Positions 53,144-63,820 of a DNA stretch of 64,000 nucleotides are shown here, piece by piece; position 1 is the first letter of the stretch; the number at the start of each line of letters is the position of its first letter. A program made the translations under genes and the position numbers. The stretch is from contig CAJINV010000002.1 of assembly GCA_905178155.1 (NCBI GenBank), forward strand, positions 4,326,108 to 4,390,107. The letters are read 5' to 3'. This DNA is from Amoebophrya sp. A120 (taxonomy: Eukaryota > Protista > Dinoflagellata). The notes below the pieces were generated by a model that worked only from the letters and a program-made list of their open reading frames with translations, did no database searches and was not told the origin of the DNA.

Positions 53144-56100
53144 ATGGGAGCCGCAACTGCGCTTCTCGACAAGGTCGCTGACGTTTTCTTCAAATTTTTT
53201 TTCCAAACCATTCCGGCGTTTTTCCGCAAGATTTCCTCTTACGAAGGAACGACCCGGCCCTTCACCGTGGAGTTTCTCTTATGAAAGTGCACAACTCCCC
53301 CTCCCCTCGTTTGTCATGCAAAATTCCCAATCCAACATATATTGCCTCTTGGCACTGTTTACATGACAAGTTCTTGTAGCCCAAATAGCACTACACTCGA
53401 GTGCAAATTTGTCATGCAAAACCGGCATAATTCTTTTTCTTGCTGATGCTTGTTGTACTATTGCCGTTCATCTTCATGCTATACAAATGCGATGGAGGGG
53501 GAGTTCTTGCGCACTCTCATATCTCTCTGAAACCAACCACAAGCTGAACGATATCAAGTTCAAAAACGATTTACCAATCAAGGCCCCGGAGTACGACAAG
53601 TCCGAGCTGGGGATCTGGAAAAACAAGCGCGGCCAGAAAATCTTCACGAGAACGATCCACCCGAAGGGGGTACTAAGAGGTTCTAGTACAACAAACACTT
53701 CTACTGCAAGAAGTGACGGCACCACCCTGACTTCTGCATCAGCACCGAAAGTTGTAGACCCCGAGCCGAACTGCTCTCAACATTTGATCTTTTTTCACCA
53801 CGTATGGAATGCAAAAGTATTGTGCTGTCGTATAAATGCATCACAAATTTCCTCAGCATGAGAAATAAAATTTGTAATGCTGATTCAGCTTAAGAACAAG
53901 ACTTGTAATGCATGATTGCAATACGAGTATCAGATGCAGCTTTTGCACAGGGTACCACGGCATCCTCGGACATTGCTCGCAGGCCTTGAAAAACCAGCAG
54001 GGAAATTGCTTGGGGTTATTGTCCCTTGCGCACTATCCTCTGCAAAAGTATCGTACTCGTAGTAATCGCAGTCATGCATTACAAATCTCGATCCCAAGGC
54101 AAAACAGCATGACAAACTCCATTTCTCATGCTGAGTGAATTTGTCATGCGATTTCTACTAGTACGATACTTTTGCAATGCATACGTACGACTTTGCGGAG
54201 AGCGGGTATTCCTGCTTTCTCTACGATGCGGTGGCACATTATGGTGGTGTCAGCATTGAAATCGACAAAGTTCTTGAAATAGCTTGCAATGCATAAAATC
54301 GATACCAGTCGGAAGCCCAATTTTCAAACGGCGCATGACAAATTTCGGCGCCGTTGAAATCAAGTCTGTCATGCTGTTTAGGGACAGAGCGCGTCTTTTG
54401 TCATGCTACTAGAGCAGCTCTATTGCAGACCCCAAACAGGCTCACAATCGGTCTCGCTTGCAATCCCTGCAAGACAGTCACTTCGTGCCTTGCATTTTAT
54501 GCATCACAGATTATTTCAACGTTGTCGATTTCAATCCTGACACACCCACACACATGGGTATTCTGCCGGCTATTTCGCGGACAACACGGACGATCGGGAA
54601 AAACACTACCTGCCGAAGTTCGAAGTATCGCAAGAAAAAAGTGTTACAGTACACTACACATTGTGTTGCAGGAGCCGCAAGACAGACGACCTTTGTCATG
54701 CAGGAAATGCTTGCGAGCCTCGCTTGTTCCTACGTAATATTTTCCTTTATGATCTTTGCATTACAAGCTTTGGCTTTCTCTGCCACGCAGAGAAAATTTG
54801 TGATGCAGCAACTCCAAGAACAAATGTGTAACTGTAACACTTTTTTCTCTACTGCATACGAACACTGTATCGACGACTACGAGGAGTATGTGAAATACTG
54901 TATGAAAAAATACGCAAAGAAAACAACGACGAAAACGAAATTTTTCCTGTACGGAGAGTCCTGGGGCGGCGCGTGCGCACTTCAGCTGGGGATAAGGTAT
55001 GGAAGTGCAAATAAATTTGGTACATACGTAGTTGTTTTAGGTTTATATATTGCTGGGATGGTACAGCTGAGCTTCGCTGTCATCCCGGTCATTTACTCCT
55101 TCTACAGACAGTAATTCTTTCTTTTTGTGATGCACCAGAAATCCAATCTGAAAGTGAAATAGAAATAAATCAAATACCTCTATCAGACTTCAAGAAAAGT
55201 CCCACCCGCTGCATGCCCAGTTCGGCGGCGCCATTCTGAATGCGCCGATGATTCACTTCTCCATGCCGATCCTCCCCATCAAACTGTTTCTCCGCCACGT
55301 CGCCGCGCCCCTGTTCCCGTATGCAGTGCAAAAGTATCTTCGTACTCGTACAAATGCATCACAAATTTCCTCAGCATGAGAAATGGAATTTGTCATGCTG
55401 ATTTGCCTTGGCAACAAGATTTGTAATGCAAGACTTGCATTTATACGAAACGCGTACGATACTTTTGCACAGGATATCCCGACGTGGCGACCAATCTTTA
55501 TGCCCCACAACACCTCTATCAAATGTAAAATGTCTGGGTCTGGAAGATTGCCAGGCTTGTCATGCACATTTTGCATGACTCCTGATGTCTGAGTCTGTGA
55601 TGCATGCCCTAGCATCACAGATTTTGTGAGGGCTTCCCAATGCCTATACCGCATGACAAATGCTCTTTCCGTGTAGCAAAGCTTGGACTTTCTTTGCTGC
55701 TCATGCAATACAGACTTTTTTTGGAATCCACAATCAGCATGACAAGTTGAATTCTTCCAGACCCAGACATTTTTACATATCCACGTAGTTCTCTTCTCTT
55801 TTCTTTCTTCAAAATGTTAAAGTCGTTCTCTTCCCTGTGCAGACAAAACACCAGACATTTTTACATTTGATAACCTCGGTCGACAAGCTGTCCAAAGACC
55901 CCGCGATCCAGCTGCAGGTGACGGAAAAAAACGCCTATGGTGGGGAAAACAATCCGCTGCGGTTAGGGACCGCGTTGCAAATGGTGAGGCAAGTGGAAGT
56001 ATCCTGTGCAGAAGTATCGCACTCGTAGTAATCTTCGCAATTATGCATTACAAATCTATCTTGTTAAGGTAAATCCGCATTACAAATTTAATTTGTAGTG

Positions 56101-56915
56101 CTGAGCCAATTTGTATTGCGATTTATACTAGTACGATACTTTTGCAATGCATAGGAAGACGTGCAGAGAAGTTTGAAGAAGGTGAAATTTCCCTTCTTGC
56201 TCGTCTCTGCAGAATATGCAGTGCCAATATGTAGTCCTCTGGGAACAAGGTTGCAACTTGTGATGCTGTCTCTGTATACTAAAAAGATCTGTATTGCATG
56301 ACCAGCAAGAAGGGGAGTCCAGTTTATACCGCGCGTTGGAGAGAGCATTTCTCATGCGGGATAGGCAACATCAGGAAGCCTTCTAAAAATTTGTCATTCT
56401 AGGCCATGCAACTCAGACATCGAGGGTCATGCAGAATATGCATGACAAACCTGGCAATTATCTTCCAGACCCAGACATGTTTGCATTTGATACAGATAAC
56501 GACGCGGTTTGCCTTCCCTCCGGTGCGCAGGCGCTGATGGATTCATCGAAACATATGAGAGTGCACAACCCCCTCTCCTTCTCATTTGTCATGCAAATTC
56601 CCAAATCCACCAGTCCGTCGCTGCCTTGTGGCACTGTTGGCATGACAGACTCCGGAAGCCCAAACAGTAATACATGAGATGCGTAAATTTATTGTCATGC
56701 ACAGGGTCCAATTGTGCTGGTGTTTCTATTGCCGTTCATGCTATACAAATCCGGGGGAGGGGGAGTTGTGCACTCTCAGAAGACAGGTTTCGGAGAAAAA
56801 CAAAAAACTTGTGTGGATAAAGTCCGATGAGCACATGATAACTGTGAACTCAAAATCCTACTGGAAATTACTGCCGCAGTGCTGCTTTTTTCTAGATACG
56901 CAGACCGGTAGTTGA
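53144..56915 (+). CDS. Alpha/beta hydrolase, monoacylglycerol lipase/lysophospholipase-like (~423 aa)
   Basis: Spliced: KNKRGQKIFTR, IFFHHG, GYSCFLYDAVAHGYSAG, FLYGESWGG (nucleophile Ser), ILNAP, PFLLVSA(E/D)ND (Asp), DEHMI (His). Contains 10 introners plus GT-AG intron 54997-55186; 1272 nt in frame. Confidence 0.85.
53280..53521. mobile_element. Introner family G
   Basis: TATGAAAGTGCACAACTCCCCCTCC TIR; DR TCTCT. Confidence 0.9.
53803..53954. mobile_element. Introner family B
   Basis: Family B TIR; DR CCACG. Confidence 0.85.
54034..54183. mobile_element. Introner family B
   Basis: Family B TIR; DR CGCAC/CGTAC. Confidence 0.85.
54240..54550. mobile_element. Introner family D
   Basis: Family D TIR; DR CACAT. 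Confidence 0.9.
54626..54858. mobile_element. Introner family C-like
   Basis: AAAAAAGTGTTACAGT / ACTGTAACACTTTTTT TIR; DR CGAAG/CGAAC. Confidence 0.85.
55320..55476. mobile_element. Introner family B
   Basis: Family B TIR; DR TCCCG. Confidence 0.9.
55517..55872. mobile_element. Introner family A with duplicated right end
   Basis: Right TIR core appears twice (~55755-55778 and ~55851-55872); DR ACCTC. Confidence 0.85.
56000..56153. mobile_element. Introner family B
   Basis: Family B TIR; DR GGAAG. Confidence 0.9.
56215..56492. mobile_element. Introner family A (left TIR eroded)
   Basis: Intact right A TIR; DR CAGAA/CAGAT. Confidence 0.8.
56554..56780. mobile_element. Introner family G
   Basis: TGAGAGTGCACAAC / GTTGTGCACTCTCA TIR; DR AAACA/AGACA. 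Confidence 0.85.
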
Positions 56916-59445
56916 TAATGTAATGGTGGAAATTAGTTGTACAACGCGAACGCGTTGTCAAGAGCTCCAGCTGCTGCACTCGTAAAGTTGTGGACCGCCT
57001 CTACTATAGCAGTATGTGCGGAGGTCAAGTTTCCCCTTAGCTTTTGAAAACATTCGCCGGACGAGCAGCTGCAGCTCTTACAGCCCCGAGCACGCTCTCG
57101 CTCCACCACCGTCCGTAGGCGAGCCGAGCCGACAGCTCTGAGCTCAGCTGCTCGGATCGCGTGCGAAGAGGACAACATGTTCTTGTGATGAAAAAAAAAT
57201 AATGAAATATTGAACACTTCTGCCGGGTATCCATCATTTCTGTCTAGTCCGTATATCGTTGTGTGCTGTAGTCCTGGAGCCGGTCCGATCTCTTTGCTGT
57301 GCATGTCCCGATGACGTAAAGAGCATTTCGATCGGTTTGTTCTACCGTACCCGCATTTGGTGAAAAAGTCGGTCTTTCGTCATCTGTACACAGTATCTTC
57401 AAAATAAGTTGTCAAGAAGGATGAAAACGATGTTTGATCGGTGGTCTTTAGTATTCGCGTTAGTGCCATAAGCTGAATTTCCTCGGTTGCTTTTTCGTGT
57501 AATCGGAATACCATGCGTGTGAAATTCACTTTATTTTGATTTATATACTTCGTGCTAGTCGTCTGCCTCTCATCCTCGGTGTTGGTGGTCGCTCTCGTTT
57601 GATCGAATGTGTTTTTCCTCTTCGGTTAGAACAACCGCGTTTTTGACGTCGGTTTTTGTTTCAGGGAAAACTATATATCGTCCGGTGGTGTGTGATGTTA
57701 CTCAGGGTAGTACCGTGCTGTAGGAGGACGACGTCTTCCTCTTCGTAAACGTCCCTCATGACTTTTTCCTTTTCGTACAACAACAAAGAGGACTGCGTGA
57801 CGTTCCTCGATACTGGGCATTGCTCCTAAAAGAAACTACTGACGCGCCCGACGAGACCACGATGATCGTTTTTATTTGCCTAAACGAAATATTGAACGAC
57901 TCCCCCTTCTTCGACAGGTTATTTTTCTTGAGACTTGTTGGTCGTCCCCACGTCTGCAACAAGTCCTAGAAGGACACAAAAGTAGAGCATTTACTTCACG
58001 ACCTCGACGCTTTGAACAACAAATTGCAAACTTTTCGGAAATATTTTTATACTTTTATACAAAACTTTTGAACTACTACCGGTCAACATCTTCTTATTTT
58101 ACGAACAAACAAAAAATTCCTATAAATACTACGTCAGTTATGTGGAACAAGTAGAACCTACTGCTCAACAGTAGTGTTGTTACTTCCTCAGAAGTACAAC
58201 TAGCAGGCGAGTGTAGTTTCTACAATAATATACTATGTCACTTCTTCCAGATCTTCCACGCGAAGCCGAAGCCACTATTGCCACTTCTGCAAGCTGTGGA
58301 GGTTGAAGCATTTGCACGACTGCGTCCTGGACCGGGGAAGGTATAGAGTTAGAAGCTTGATGCTGTATGATGTAGTAGGAACGGCTTTTGGTTTTGTGTG
58401 ATGGTGTGAAGACATGTTGTCACATGGAAATAAACGCACAACCGGGGTAGACCGGGTCTAGAAATTTCTCTAGGCATTTTTTTCGCTTAGCAGGTAGCTT
58501 CTTAAGAGAAGCTTCTGAGAGGGGCTTTTAAGTGCCGCCCATCTGAATTCAGATGCGCGCCGGGGCACGCGCCCGCCTGAATTCAGCTGAAGACAGCGAA
58601 AAGACTCCACTGCAGGTGGGCCGAGGGCTGGGCAAGGCCCAAGGGTGCGTCCGCCTACTTTTAGGTAGACGCGCGCCGGGCCAGCCATCCGCAATGCTCC
58701 CAGCGCAGACGCCGGGCCAATCTTCCTCAATTGAGCCGCACGGCGGTCCCAGCGTCTAAATGCAAGGGGGCGCCGGGACAAGTCCGATAGGATTTATGTT
58801 CACGTCGGGCCAGGTCCGCTTGCATTCACGCGGGCGCCGACTTGAATGTAGCCACCTTCCACAGGAGGGGACTTAGAAAGGCAAGACCTCTCCTGAGAGA
58901 GAAAGCCTCGATCTCTTTCGCAGAAATGCAACTTTATTGCGCCTTGGCCTCTACTTTCACTTTCTCGGGAGCAGTGGCTCCTAGCCTCTACGCCCTAGCC
59001 TTGGCTCCCACAGGAGGGGGTGTAAAAGGTCCAAACTGCTCCCGAGAAAGAAATCCGCAAGATGCGTTGCAGAAAGTAAGGGGCCTTGTGCTTGGGCGGC
59101 TTCGTTTTTCCTCTGGAGCGGCCTCCATTGCGTAGTTTATTTGGATGAAGATGCTTCTGAGTTTACTAGACGCCCCATCGCCGGCGTCCTGGACGCCGGC
59201 GTGGTAGTCTCGTAGTAATTACTAAATTTGATTTGTTCCAGATCTTCCACGCGAAGCCACCACCCCGACCACCTCCAAGGAACATGGCTTTCACTCGGCG
59301 CACTCCTAACGCAGCTCGTCACCGGCCCGCAGGTCGTCGTCCCAGCATGATCACCACAAGCACAAACTCTACACGTCGTAGAGGCGCTGGCGCCGCCTCG
59401 CCGAGGACGTCTAGCTGTCCGAGGTACAAGAGGAGAAGCAGAACT

Positions 59446-60657
59446 ATGCGCCGCCGCTTATCGTGCGTAAAAATGTCCTCACGACCCAAGAGTCAAGTAG
59501 ACAGGGACTTTGCAACACGACAAGAAAGCCAAAAGTTTTGGGAGCCACGCATGACAAGTTTGGCGCTGCAGTGTAGAAGTTGTGCCTAGATATTCCAGAC
59601 GCATGACAAATGCGCCCCGTAGTTGTCCTGATTAGTGCATGACAGAATACCAAGCGCCAACATTTTGTACAGAATGCCGTTTATTGAGAACCGCGCGTGT
59701 GAAGTAAACACGCAATTTGGCACGACGTCACCAGCTTATCGGGGTCGTGGGGACGTCTTTGCATAGGATATCGATTACCTCCTATATCAACTGTAAAAAT
59801 GTCTGGGTCTGGAAGGGTGTAGACTTGTAATGCAGGTTTTCCATGACCCATGGCCATGAGGTCCGGAATGCGGGACTTCGCATGACAGACTCTGTGAGGT
59901 CTCTGCCATGCCTATCCTGCATGAGAAACTTCCTCCCAACTTGGTCGAAAGTGGACAGCTTTTGGGAATTATGCAACACAGATCTTTGCATGATTGAGAT
60001 TTAGCATGACAAGTTGGAATCTTCCAGACCCAGGCATTTTTGCATTTGATATCCTACGGGGAAGAACAAGTTCCTGCTTGCTGCAACCAGCGTCTATCCT
60101 GTGCAAAAGTATCGCACTCGTAGTAATTGCAGTCATACACTACAAATCCTTTCGCTAAGGTAAATCAGCATTACAAATTTTATTTCTCATGCTGAGGAAA
60201 TTTGTAATGCATTTATACGAGTGCGATACTTTTGCAATGCACAGCGTCCTGCGCATCGCGATATCAACATACACGACCAGCACTCTAGTGGTATCGCCGG
60301 CCCCTCTATCCACAGAAAAAAAACCCATCCCCATCCATTTTTCGCATGACAGGCACAGAAATTTATACGTGTTTTGCATGACAAATTGGATGTGGATGGG
60401 TGTTTTTTCCTGGATGCCCTCCTCTCGTCAGTGCCGTGAACGTGGAAAAAATCAACGCGCAGCAGCAATCACAGCAGCAGAGGAGCACAACTGGAAGCGC
60501 CAACGGAAGCCGCAAGACAAACGCAGCGCCAGCTGCCCAGCCGAACATGGGAGACAAGATGAACGAGGATAATTGCAGTGGCTCCTGTGGCAGTATGAAA
60601 AAGAAAACTTCAACTTCAAGCTTCTTACAACTACACTACGAAGATGCCGAAATTTAA
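59446..60657 (+). CDS. Small putative secreted protein (~117 aa)
   Basis: MRRRLPPTGKNKFLLAATSVLRIAISTYTTSTLVVSPAPPLVSAVNVEK...SSFLQLHYEDAEI, assembled across 4 introners (354 nt). The start could be the upstream in-frame ATG at 59284. Confidence 0.55.
59459..59770. mobile_element. Introner family J
   Basis: Family J TIR, left arm similar to 19364; DR CCGCT/TCGAT. Confidence 0.8.
59785..60051. mobile_element. Introner family A
   Basis: Family A TIR; DR TCCTA. Confidence 0.9.
60095..60243. mobile_element. Introner family B
   Basis: Family B TIR; DR GCGTC. Confidence 0.9.
60307..60416. mobile_element. Introner family E (shortest, 110 bp)
   Basis: AAAAAACCCATCC / GGATGGGTGTTTTTT TIR; DR CCCTC. 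Confidence 0.85.
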
Positions 60658-60690
60658 TTGCAGCTGCTCTTCTTTTGTTGTCCTCTTCGC

Positions 60691-62677
60691 ATGACGTCGA
60701 CGAGGAGCACGAGAGTCGTGTTCCTGTTGGTATGCGTAGGTGAACAGCAGATCATGGAAATGAAGGAAGTCGAAGTTTCTTCCCCTTGCATAGAATGCGG
60801 CAAGAACACCAGTGGAGATGAGAAGCAGAAACTACCAGTGCAAAAACCAGCAGCGGCCGTCATCGGTCGGTTTTACAACCCACACGAAGGACCTGAGGAA
60901 GTCGAAGGCACTGCTGCTGCTGCAGCCGGACCACACCTGGCCCCCAGTGGTGCTGACCCCGCGGCCGCGCTATGCCTTGCAAATGTTTCTAGGTCTAGTT
61001 GAAGGGAGGTCCCAACTTGCCCCGCACGTTCTCGTGGATGACGGAAAATAAACTTCTTATGTTGCATGCGCCCCAAAACCAAAAGTAAAAGAAAATACGC
61101 AAGTTTCTTGCTACGCCAATACGGAACCTGTCATGTTGCCAGACAGGCATCGCGACCGTGAGGCGTGTGCTACACCTGTAAATACAGCGCATTTGTGTGC
61201 ATAATTCCAGACCACCATCTGCATGACAACTGAAAAGAAGATCTTCATGTGTGACAAACAGGGCGGGAACCCTTCCAGAGCCAAACGTATTTGCAGTCGA
61301 TAGTACGCGCCGCTGCATCAAGCTTCTTCACCCGTAGTTGCACAGCGGTCCGCTGCAACAGAGGATCCTCTTCAGGCTGCTGCTGCTGCAAGCGGGGACC
61401 CCGCGGCCGGAGCGGCAGGAAGGCGGCCAGGCCCGGGCGACCAGGACCACCACGAGGAACAACTACAACTAGCAGGAGGGGCTCCGGTGCGTACCTCCCC
61501 ACCGCCGGCCGCGGCTTCATCTGCCGGCGCCGGACCAAGTGATGGCACTGGGCTGCCACTAGTTGTAAAAAAAGAGCTAAGCAGCACACATCAACTGCCT
61601 CAACGTCAACTTCGCGAGGAACCAGGAAAGAAAGGTCTTCCGCACGATAGTGATATAGATAAAGCAGGCCATGGTGTTAAAGGTGCGCAAAAAAAAGAAG
61701 ACAAGCCAGCGGCTAAAGTACTTCATCTACATGGCGAGAACATGGATAGTGGACCCACTTCGGACAAGGATCATGAGGATCAACAAAATCCGCCATCAGC
61801 AGCTTCCAAAAACGGGGACAAGACATCATCTACAACTGCTCCTGCTAGTAATCATGCCACGCCGCCTTCTGCTCTTGGAGGCGCCCCCACTCCCGTGGAT
61901 TCTTCGAGCGCAACACATCCGGCGCAGCCCGCTGCTGGCGCAGCCCTCTCTGCATGTCTTGACATGCTGGCCAAGCCCAAGACAGATCGTGGCGGCGGCA
62001 AGTTGCGCAGCAAGAAAACGATACCCTCGAAAAGAAACAAAGGGGAGGACGCGGAGTACGAAGGCGAGGTGAACGTCGAGGACGGCCGGCCACACGGGGA
62101 GGGCAAGCTGACGTGGCCGAACGGGGATTTTTTTTGGAGGATGGAGTACGAAGGGCAGTTCCAAGGAGGTTCCATGGATGGCTGCGGCAAGATGGTGTAT
62201 GGGAATGTGCCGATGTGCCTCCCTTCCGTCAGAGCCGAGCCACCCCGATTAGGGACGTATGAAGGGCAGTGGAAGAACGACAAGAGAGAAGGCGAGGGCG
62301 TGCACACGTATCCGGACGGGGCGACTTACAGGGGGCAGTGGTACTTAGACCTCCAACACGGAGAGGGCGAGTACACGTGGCCGGGCGGGTCGGAAAGTTA
62401 CAAGGGGGAGTATAAGGACGGCAAGCCTCATGGCCGTGGCTTGTACACGTGGCCGACCGGGGATACGTATGAGGGGCAGTGGGAGCACAACCAGCGTCAC
62501 GGCGAGGGCGTGCACACGTGGCCGGACCGGACGAGCTGGCACGGGGAGTTTAAGGAAGATCGGGTAGACGCCAGCATCAAAGGCAAGTGCATCCCGCAGG
62601 GCGACAGCGGCCTGGCTGTGGATGGCAAAAGCTTCGCGGAATGCGCCCCGAAGCCGACAAACACAAACTTATGCTAA
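60691..62677 (+). CDS. MORN-repeat protein (~548 aa)
   Basis: Repeats of YEGQW...REGEGVHTYPDGATYRGQW...QHGEGEYTWPGG in ORF 61487-62677, joined to the upstream exon across one introner; start uncertain (60691 or 60754). Confidence 0.85.
60971..61305. mobile_element. Introner, diverged family A-like
   Basis: Degenerate TGCAAAT..GAAGGG / CCCTTC..ATTTGCA; DR CGCGC; frame restored. Confidence 0.7.
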
Positions 62678-63820
62678 GACGGTTGTGGGAGTGATGGCGA
62701 CGTCGATGATGGCCATCAGCTACCAATGGATCGCTGCAGGAGCCGTCGGACAGTGTCACTTTATGTGCTGCGCATCAGTTCGACAAAGCGAAAACAGCGC
62801 ACGAAGATGAATAGTGCCGCGGGTTTCTATTTGTTTCCCGCGTATGTCTTTGTCGATGTTGATGCGAATTTCGCTGCCTATCAGCATACCCTCGAGCTCG
62901 AGCTGCAGCGGCCAGTGAATTTTGAGGCCTAGTGTCAGAACTTCTGGAGATAGCAGCGTCACACGTCGACTTGCTGCGCGCCAACTTGCTTCATCTCTAT
63001 TCCCAACTACATCCAACTTTGAACTGATTTTTGCGGCGAGCTGCGGTCCAGCTTCTATTTTTCACGTGTATTTGTTCCCAAGACATACTAATGCTTTGTG
63101 TCCGGTTTTTTTTTTCTAATTCGTTTCCATTTTCATCCCATATACTTTTGACGACAATTTCAAGAATGTGAGCAAGTGCTTCCATAAATTTCCATCTAAC
63201 ATTAAAGACTCGTGCAATAAAATTGATTTTGATCATTTTTTTTTTAGCAGTAGCGCTAGACTTGCTGTATCTGTATTAACCCTTTTCCTTTCATCTGACT
63301 CTGAGCCCCAACTCCATTTTAAGAACCCTATTTGAAGATGAAGACGCCAGCATTTTTCGGAGCGCTCAACCACTAGACGCGGTCGCCAAGAGCGACCCAG
63401 CTCACTTTTAAAAACCTCCGTGTGCTCGTGTCTGAATGAAGACGATAAACCATAAATCAAATGCAACCTATCGCCGTCAGGCAAGTTTTTGACTGGCGTT
63501 AGCATGCTGCATGAAGAAAACAATAGAAAGAAATCTGTTCACAGTGGTTGATATGTCGATGCAGCAGGCGGTCGCTCTGCTCGATGTGTGATCTAGTGCC
63601 ATTATGTTATGATCGTTTAATAAATGAGCCCTCTCGTCGTCGACCGTCGTCATCACCTTACTAGCTCGGGGGAAGGAATCTCTAGGGAAAATAGTGCGGT
63701 CGCAGGGGCGGGGGGGGAAGAGAAGAACTAGGCGAGGACGGGAAGGAGGGGCGACGGCGCGCGGGGTAGAGCGCGGGGTCGCTCATCGCAGAGTCTAAAG
63801 CTTGAGCGTGGTGCTCCCTT

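Noticed and set aside
4037-60051. Recurrent ORF peptides (KMSGSGR, PDPDIF, CKYVWV, LQKYRTR, YEYDTFA) as a protein repeat family
   Set aside because: They are translations of the family A and B TIRs in various frames and strands, not conserved proteins.
2196-62677. Genes as transposon-disrupted pseudogenes
   Set aside because: Exons have no stops or frameshifts once elements plus one DR are removed, and catalytic residues are intact.
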